DNA from: an uncultured Candidatus Saccharibacteria bacterium
Lineage (GTDB): Bacteria; Patescibacteriota; Minisyncoccia; Phycocordibacterales; CAYSCM01
Length of the DNA stretch: 64,000 nucleotides
Direction: 5' to 3'
NCBI GenBank assembly: GCA_964429815.1
Contig: CAYSCM010000001.1
Coordinates: 32,001 to 96,000 of the forward strand
The translations under genes and the position numbers were made by a program. Under the pieces are notes generated by a model, which did not search any database, was not told the origin of the DNA, and was given only the letters and a program-made list of their open reading frames with translations. Within the stretch, counting starts at the first letter, position 1; every line of letters begins with the position of its first letter. This document shows positions 56,237 to 64,000 of this stretch, piece after piece.

Positions 56237-57571
56237 CTACGTTCCACTTCTCGAGAGAAGTGCGCGTACGGTCTTAAGGGCAATGTGGAAATCAAGCACG
56301 AGTGAGCGGTGTTTTACGTAGTACAAGTCGTAGGAGAGTTTCCGCGCTGTTTTTTCAACGTCAACGACACCCCGGGGGGCATCGTAGTCATTGATCTGTG
56401 CCCAGCCGGAGAGACCTGGCTTCACCAGGTGTCGGGCGTTGTAGAGAGGTAATTCTTTTTCGTAGGCCCTAACCAACGTGGGGATCTCCGGACGAGGCCC
56501 GATGAGAGAGAGCTCACCCCGTAAGACATTCAAGAGCTGGGGAAACTCGTCGATACGTGATTTGCGCAGTACTTTTCCCGCCTCCGTGATACGGTTTTTC
56601 TTGTGAAGCTCAGGATCGCCGTGATCATCAAAGAGCCAAGAGCGGAATTTCATGAGCTCAAAAGAGCGGTTATTCTGTCCGACCCTCTCCTGAGATATAA
56701 AAAGCGGCCCCGAGGAAGTTACTCTCAGTGCGATCGCGCCTCCAAAGCAAAATGGGAGCGCGATGACACCCGCAATGAGTGCCACCACGATGTCCATCGC
56801 ACGCTTGAGCGCGTCATACGCACTATGCCGATCGCGAATTTCTTCAGTGAGAAGCTTGGTTTCGTCGATGAGTGTAAGCGGCACACGCTGAAAGAGGTCC
56901 TCAAAGAGCGTCGCAGTATCGATAAAACGCGTACCCTCGAACACTAACGCGGAAAAATCGCGCGCGTACGGGGAAAGTTTCTCGTGGTGCGCATCGAATA
57001 CAATGACCCGAGGCCTTTCTTGGCGCGCACGCGCGAGAATTTTTTTTGCATCGAAGGCGCTCGCGGAGATTTTGTCTTTAAGGATGATGCCGTGTCGTGG
57101 ATTATGTGTGAGCTCATGCGCTATCGCATCTATCTCCTTTCCCTCCCCAATGAGATACGCTGTCACAGGTACCCGAGGTCGAAGCTTCGGGACAATGAGA
57201 AGTCGCCAGAAAAGAATACTCCCCACAGATACACCGAGGTAGATGAGAAGTGTCGTCTTCGGAGCAATACCAAACCAAGGAGCAAAGAAAAAGAACAAGG
57301 CGGCAATGATGACATTCGCGACTTGGGCCTGGACAATCGCTAGCGGCATGCGCTCAACCACCGCGAGAGTGCGACGCTCGTAGAGCTCAAGAATGAAAAA
57401 AACCCCTATCCAAACGAGAAAGAGGAACGAAAACGGCACAAGATGTTGCAGGAAAACGGCTCCGGTCGGAAACGAAAAGGTCCTCAAATAGAGGGATAGC
57501 CATAGGGACGCGACAAAACAAAAAACGTCTCCGAGGAGGAGCACGAAGGTGCCGGTGTGCCGAAGCCGCAT
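56237..57571 (-). CDS. undecaprenyl-phosphate sugar phosphotransferase (initiating polyprenyl-phosphate glycosyl-1-phosphate transferase, WbaP/PssY-type)
   Basis: N-terminal TM helices plus the C-terminal Bac_transf domain PLFISQERVGQNNRSFELMKFRSM-like motif. ATG 57571. The track start at 57586 is TTG. Confidence 0.7.
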   Translation of the reverse strand: MRLRHTGTFVLLLGDVFCFVASLWLSLYLRTFSFPTGAVFLQHLVPFSFLFLVWIGVFFILELYERRTLAVVERMPLAIVQAQVANVIIAALFFFFAPWFGIAPKTTLLIYLGVSVGSILFWRLLIVPKLRPRVPVTAYLIGEGKEIDAIAHELTHNPRHGIILKDKISASAFDAKKILARARQERPRVIVFDAHHEKLSPYARDFSALVFEGTRFIDTATLFEDLFQRVPLTLIDETKLLTEEIRDRHSAYDALKRAMDIVVALIAGVIALPFCFGGAIALRVTSSGPLFISQERVGQNNRSFELMKFRSWLFDDHGDPELHKKNRITEAGKVLRKSRIDEFPQLLNVLRGELSLIGPRPEIPTLVRAYEKELPLYNARHLVKPGLSGWAQINDYDAPRGVVDVEKTARKLSYDLYYVKHRSLVLDFHIALKTVRALLSRSGT

Positions 57572-57649
57572 GGTCACACCATACAACGATTTAGCTCTTA
57601 CACAAGTTACCTATGTGGAGCGCTACCTCGTGGTAGCCTTTTATAAACT

Positions 57650-58762
57650 ATGAAGGTTCTCTATGTCATCACAAAAGGTAATTTTGGAGGCGCCCAGCGC
57701 TACGTGTTTGAGTTGGCGGTTGAAGCAAAACGTCGAGGGCATGATGTGACTGTCGTTTACGGGGAGCCCGGCGTATTGATCAAGAAGCTAGCAGGGGCCT
57801 ACATACGGACAATTTCCCTTTCTACTCTTCAGAGAAACATCAATCCCCTCAAAGAGATCGGGAGTTTCATTCGCCTTGTGTCCCTCATACATTCATTACA
57901 TCCTGATGTGGTCCATCTCAATAGCGCCAAAGCCGGAGGACTCGGCGCCCTCGCCGCTCGCGTGATGGCAGTACCACGAATTGTTTTCACTGTTCATGGC
58001 TGGCCCTTTAACGAAGAACGGCTATGGGTTGACAACATGGTCCGGGCTTTGTTGCAGTGGCTTACGGTGATGCTAACGCATGTAAGCATTGTCGTTGCAG
58101 AGAGCGACAAAAAGCAGGTCGCTCACTGGCCCTTTGTGCAGAAGAAAATAGTGTGCATTCATAATGGCGTTGGCACCATAGATTTTCTTGAAAGGAGCAC
58201 CTCGCGCGCAAACCTTTTATCTACGCACGTCGAGAAATTCTGGATCGGAGCACATACCGAAAACAAAAATAAGGGCATCGACTTTCTTTTGAAAGCCTAT
58301 GCGCGCGCCCGGGAAAAACTTTCTTCCGCGATCATCGTACTTTTCGGCACAGGGCCGGAAGAGTCCAATCTTAAACGCCTCACACGGGAGTTAGGGATCG
58401 AGGATAAGGTTTTTTTTCTTGGATTTTTAGATAATGCACGAGCGTACCTTAAAGCTTTCGATGTTTACACCATTCCCTCCCGTAAAGAAGGATTGCCGTA
58501 TTCACTCCTCGAGGCCGGCGCGGCGGGACTCCCGGTCGTTGCGAGCCGGGTGGGAGGCATCCCCGAAGCAGTAACCGACACGCAAAGTGGTTTTCTCACA
58601 GCCCCTGGCGATGTAGTACTTCTTTCAGCCAGGCTCGCAGAGCTCATAGAAAGCGAACCGCTGCGCGAAAAATTTGGACAGGCCTTGCGAGCGAAAGTTG
58701 AAAAAGAATTCTCTCTTTCTCACGTGTTTGAAAAAACATTTGCTCTCTACTCACACCCCTAG
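57650..58762 (+). CDS. glycosyltransferase family 4
   Basis: GT4 architecture. C-terminal EAGAAGLPVVAS E-x7-E region. Divergent from the phosphotransferase gene. Confidence 0.65.
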   Translation: MKVLYVITKGNFGGAQRYVFELAVEAKRRGHDVTVVYGEPGVLIKKLAGAYIRTISLSTLQRNINPLKEIGSFIRLVSLIHSLHPDVVHLNSAKAGGLGALAARVMAVPRIVFTVHGWPFNEERLWVDNMVRALLQWLTVMLTHVSIVVAESDKKQVAHWPFVQKKIVCIHNGVGTIDFLERSTSRANLLSTHVEKFWIGAHTENKNKGIDFLLKAYARAREKLSSAIIVLFGTGPEESNLKRLTRELGIEDKVFFLGFLDNARAYLKAFDVYTIPSRKEGLPYSLLEAGAAGLPVVASRVGGIPEAVTDTQSGFLTAPGDVVLLSARLAELIESEPLREKFGQALRAKVEKEFSLSHVFEKTFALYSHP

Positions 58763-59902
58763 AAACTCTTTCCCGATATCGTCGCGGTGGAAGGCCCTGC
58801 TGTAGGCTCGCTGTCCCATCAAAATGCCGAGCCCCATATACTCGGTGAGGAGGTGTGAGCCGCCGTAGCTCATGAAGGGAATGGTGATGCCGGTCACCGG
58901 CAAGAGCCCGATGTTGAAACCGATGTGAATGATGAGGTGACTCAAGAAGTACACCGCAAGGCCAGCTGCAAATAAGGTCTCAAAATTACTCTCCCCGTGC
59001 ATAGCGGTCGCGATGATACGCCACAAAATAATCCCGTAGAGGATAAAGAGCAGAAGAACGCCAACAAATCCCCACTCTTCGGCGAACGCTGCGAAGATAA
59101 AGTCCGTTTGATACTCAGGGAGAAACTGCAGCCGGCTCTGGGTTCCGTAACCAACCCCCTTCCCCACAAGCCGTCCCGAGCCGACCGCGATCGTGGACTG
59201 GTAGGCATTGTAGCCGGCGCCGCGAATGTCGGTGAGGGGGTGAATGAACGTGAGGACGCGCTGCTTCTGGTATGGCCGGAGTGCAAAGAGCCACATGCCC
59301 GCCGCTATCACGGCCGCGACCAGAAAGACCGTGAGAAGATGACGAAGCGATATCCCCGCAACGAGGACCATCCCGAGCCATATGGTGCCGATGATGATGG
59401 CCGAACCGAGATCAGGCTGGAGAAAGATGAGGACGAAAGGAACGAGCGTATACGCGCCAGAGAGGAGGATGTGCCGGATGTGTGCTATTTCCACATGCCG
59501 ACGCGAAAAATACTTGGCGAGGACTATGATGAGCACGAGCTTCATCGGGTCGGCGGGTTGCAGCGCGAATGAACCGAAGTTGAAGCGAGCCTGAGCGCCC
59601 TTAGCGATGGAGCCGAACACGAAAATGAGGAAGAGCAGCGCGATGGCCGCGACGTAGAGCGACGCGATAACGGAGGTGCGCCGCAGGAAGTGATAGTCGA
59701 AGAGTGCGAAAATGAAAAAGCTCGCAAGCGCGAGCGCTATCCAGACAAGCTGTTTGTTGAAGAAGTAATTCTCCGCCCCGAAGGAATTCATCGTAAAGAG
59801 GCCTGCCGCGAGGATGGGGAGCGTCGAGAGGAGGAGCACCCAGTCGATACTCTGCCGTATGTTCGTGAAAAAACGGCGTCCTCGGGCGATGGTAGCGGCC
59901 AT
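58751..59902 (-). CDS. SEDS-family peptidoglycan glycosyltransferase (RodA/FtsW)
   Basis: 10-TM SEDS topology with a conserved C-terminal region (GVGYGTQS...PFMSYGGS). ATG 59902 follows the upstream stop by 2 nt. Confidence 0.75.
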   Translation of the reverse strand: MAATIARGRRFFTNIRQSIDWVLLLSTLPILAAGLFTMNSFGAENYFFNKQLVWIALALASFFIFALFDYHFLRRTSVIASLYVAAIALLFLIFVFGSIAKGAQARFNFGSFALQPADPMKLVLIIVLAKYFSRRHVEIAHIRHILLSGAYTLVPFVLIFLQPDLGSAIIIGTIWLGMVLVAGISLRHLLTVFLVAAVIAAGMWLFALRPYQKQRVLTFIHPLTDIRGAGYNAYQSTIAVGSGRLVGKGVGYGTQSRLQFLPEYQTDFIFAAFAEEWGFVGVLLLFILYGIILWRIIATAMHGESNFETLFAAGLAVYFLSHLIIHIGFNIGLLPVTGITIPFMSYGGSHLLTEYMGLGILMGQRAYSRAFHRDDIGKEFLGV

Positions 59903-59904
59903 GA

Positions 59905-60666
59905 TCAGAGAGGCCTGACCCGGACCTTCACATCGACCGTAGTCGAGGTCGCTGTAAACGGACGAGGCCACGTGAAGGTGAGCGTGTTACTCCCCTGCGC
60001 AGGGAGCTCTCTCACGACCGTGCGGGACGCCGCCATTGCATTGCCGTTTTCGTTGAAGATAACCGCGGTCGCCTCGATGCTTTGTATCGGCCGAAGTGAG
60101 GTGTTGCTGATGGTCACCGTGAGCTTGGGAGAGGCGCCCGCCTCGGAAAGTCCTCGCTCCCCTATCAAAATACTTTTAGCAGGATCGTCGGCTAGGGTGA
60201 AATTTTGTACGGGCGAAAATTCGAAGAAGGTGCGCGAGGGGGTTCGATTCCCCGTCGTTATGCCCGGTTCAACGATGACGTTAACCTGGCCTGGCGAGAG
60301 GAATGTGGTCCCCTTACGCTCCACGACGAGGATGTTTCCCTCATCGTAGAGCTTGAAATCGTAGGGAAAGGAGAGAACAGCACCGCTCTCATTGGGATTG
60401 TTGACGTAGGCGATCGCCGTCCACACCCCCGGCGTTACCTCGACGGAGCGTGCCCACATGACCGTGGCTGGGGATGTTTTGAAGGGGCAGATTTTCTTGC
60501 AAGCGCCACCGCAGTCAATTCCCTCTTCCCTGCCATCTTGTCTGCCGTCGGAGCAGGTCGGCGCCGTGGAGAGGAGTGAGTACGCGATACCCCCAAAAAG
60601 AAGCAGAAGAACGAGTAGTATGCCGCTTACGTAGAGGCCCTTGCGGCGATTAGCCCAGGCTGACAT
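59905..60666 (-). CDS. membrane-anchored extracytoplasmic protein, hypothetical
   Basis: N-terminal signal anchor (LYVSGILLVLLLLFGG). Cys-rich segment, then a beta-rich domain. ATG 60666 chosen because the track start at 60699 lies inside the terminator hairpin. Confidence 0.4.
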   Translation of the reverse strand: MSAWANRRKGLYVSGILLVLLLLFGGIAYSLLSTAPTCSDGRQDGREEGIDCGGACKKICPFKTSPATVMWARSVEVTPGVWTAIAYVNNPNESGAVLSFPYDFKLYDEGNILVVERKGTTFLSPGQVNVIVEPGITTGNRTPSRTFFEFSPVQNFTLADDPAKSILIGERGLSEAGASPKLTVTISNTSLRPIQSIEATAVIFNENGNAMAASRTVVRELPAQGSNTLTFTWPRPFTATSTTVDVKVRVRPL

Positions 60667-60683
60667 GGGAAGAATAGTAACAC

Positions 60684-60716
60684 GAAAAAAACACCTCACT
60701 TTGAGGTGTTTTTTTG
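60684..60716. terminator. bidirectional rho-independent terminator ending the 23S-5S transcription unit
   Basis: A7-ACACCTCA-CTT-TGAGGTGT-T7. Confidence 0.7.
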
Positions 60717-60730
60717 ACTTTTAAATCCCC

Positions 60731-60840
60731 TAACCTGGCGGCTACCTACTCTCCCCTTGCGAGTACCTAGCGGCGTAGCGGGCTGAAAGCGAGGGTTCGC
60801 AGCTTTCAGAGCCGCAGGCCTGTTCGAGGCCGAGGCGGGG
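60731..60840 (-). pseudogene. divergent 5S rRNA-like copy (possible 5S paralogue or pseudogene)
   Basis: The first 37 nt (60731..60767) are identical to the 3' part of the true 5S (60914..60950). The next ~30 nt (TAGCGGCGTAGCGGGCTGAAAGCGAGGGTTCG) still parallel the true 5S interior (ATCGGCGCTAGCGGGCTTAACGGCCGTGTTCG), and the last ~40 nt diverge without a convincing helix-I partner. Confidence 0.4.
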
Positions 60841-60875
60841 TCACGCATAAAATGCAGCAGCATTTTATGCGTGAC
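60840..60875. repeat. perfect 16-bp stem hairpin GTCACGCATAAAATGC-AGCA-GCATTTTATGCGTGAC
   Basis: Lies between the 5S-like copy and the 5S gene. Confidence 0.5.
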
Positions 60876-60914
60876 TAACGGCATGTCCCGTCCAAAATGT
60901 TAGTTAGAAACTAT

Positions 60915-61022
60915 AACCTGGCGGCTACCTACTCTCCCCTTGCGAGTACCATCGGCGCTAGCGGGCTTAACGGCCGTGTTCGGAATGAGAACGGGTGTTT
61001 CCCCGCCGCCAAACCACCAGAT
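60915..61022 (-). rRNA. rrf: 5S ribosomal RNA
   Basis: Minus-strand read UCUGGUGGUUUGGCGGCGGGGAAACACCCGUUCUCAUUCCGAACACGGCCGUUAAGCCCGCUAGCGCCGAUGGUACUCGCAAGGGGAGAGUAGGUAGCCGCCAGGU. Helix I and loop C/E conserved. Flanked by the inverted repeat CCGTCCAAAATGT / ACATTTTGGACGG, which forms a processing stem. Confidence 0.85.
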
Positions 61023-61074
61023 TATAAATTCCAACTATTTTCGATCTCTAAGTGTGACATTTTGGACGGATTCT

Positions 61075-61119
61075 CGGAATGAGAACGGGTGTTTCCCCGC
61101 CGCCAAACCACCAGATTAT
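61075..61119 (-). repeat. 45-nt duplicate of the 5S rRNA 5' portion
   Basis: Identical to 60981..61025. Confidence 0.6.
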
Positions 61120-61459
61120 GAGATTCAAAAAGTCGGGTTCGGCAGCCGACTTCCTCGATAGGATGAGGAAGATCGGCTGCCGCCCGCGCAAGGACGTGAG
61201 CAGTTGAGCGGGGCGCTCCTCCCGAGCGGCCACCATTCCCATCGCAGTGCTAAAGCGCTTCTTAGAATGGTCGCGGAGGGCGACACCATTCCAGCTCCGC
61301 AAAGGGTCCGTGCACGCTTCTTTCCCACGTCCGAAAAGCGAAAACAAAGAACTTAACGTTTCGAAGCGTCCGAAATCCGGGTAGATTTCGGCCACCAGTA
61401 AAACGTCAAGCGGGTTAAAAAAGTAACGAAAATCATATTCAATCAATTGCGACATGCAG

Positions 61460-64000
<2,541 letters not shown>

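Overview
This 64-kb window comes from a moderately GC-rich bacterial chromosome. Several features suggest a reduced-genome, CPR/Patescibacteria-like organism, but that is inference. Those features are a 16S rRNA gene unlinked from the 23S-5S genes, an intervening sequence (IVS) in 23S helix 45, a lamin-tail-domain (LTD) surface protein, and an orphan VirD4/TraG-like ATPase with no other type IV secretion genes in the window.

Layout of the window:
- 1-41.7 kb: one very large, mostly minus-strand cell-surface glycan biosynthesis locus of about 45 genes. It holds nine GT4 glycosyltransferases, an initiating sugar-phosphate transferase and a Wzx-like flippase. It encodes a GDP-mannose branch (two tandem gmd paralogues plus a Nudix hydrolase), an ADP-heptose branch (gmhA plus the HldE kinase and adenylyltransferase halves as separate genes) and a CMP-nonulosonic acid branch (two KdsC-like phosphatases plus a NeuA-like cytidylyltransferase). 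It also has five SDR epimerase/dehydratases and a DegT-family aminotransferase. The tailoring set is unusually rich: a B12-binding radical SAM enzyme, a TylC3-type sugar C-methyltransferase, an FkbM methyltransferase, three further class I SAM methyltransferases, two sulfotransferases, an asparagine-synthetase-type amidotransferase, and three thiamine-diphosphate (TPP) enzymes (an acetolactate-synthase-like protein and an E1 alpha/beta pair).
- 41.7-48.3 kb: an LTD surface protein, a VirD4/TraG-like ATPase, a putative glycoside hydrolase, rsmI, two papain-like proteins, then tRNA-Leu(CAG) and tRNA-Ile(GAU).
- 48.9-52.3 kb: a 16S rRNA gene with intact processing-stem flanks and its own promoter and terminator. 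Its body lacks the canonical GGATCACCTCCTT 3' end. An exact copy of that tail sits about 1.6 kb downstream, after three small membrane-protein genes that carry Shine-Dalgarno sequences.
- 52.4-60.7 kb: a membrane protein, secF, secD, an epimerase, an initiating sugar transferase, a GT4 and rodA/ftsW.
- 60.7-64.0 kb: a 5S rRNA gene flanked by a divergent 5S-like copy and a 45-nt 5S fragment, then a 23S rRNA gene (partial, runs off the window) with a helix-45 IVS.

I saw no transposase, integrase or CRISPR array. Every product call rests on motif recognition by eye and needs a database search to confirm.
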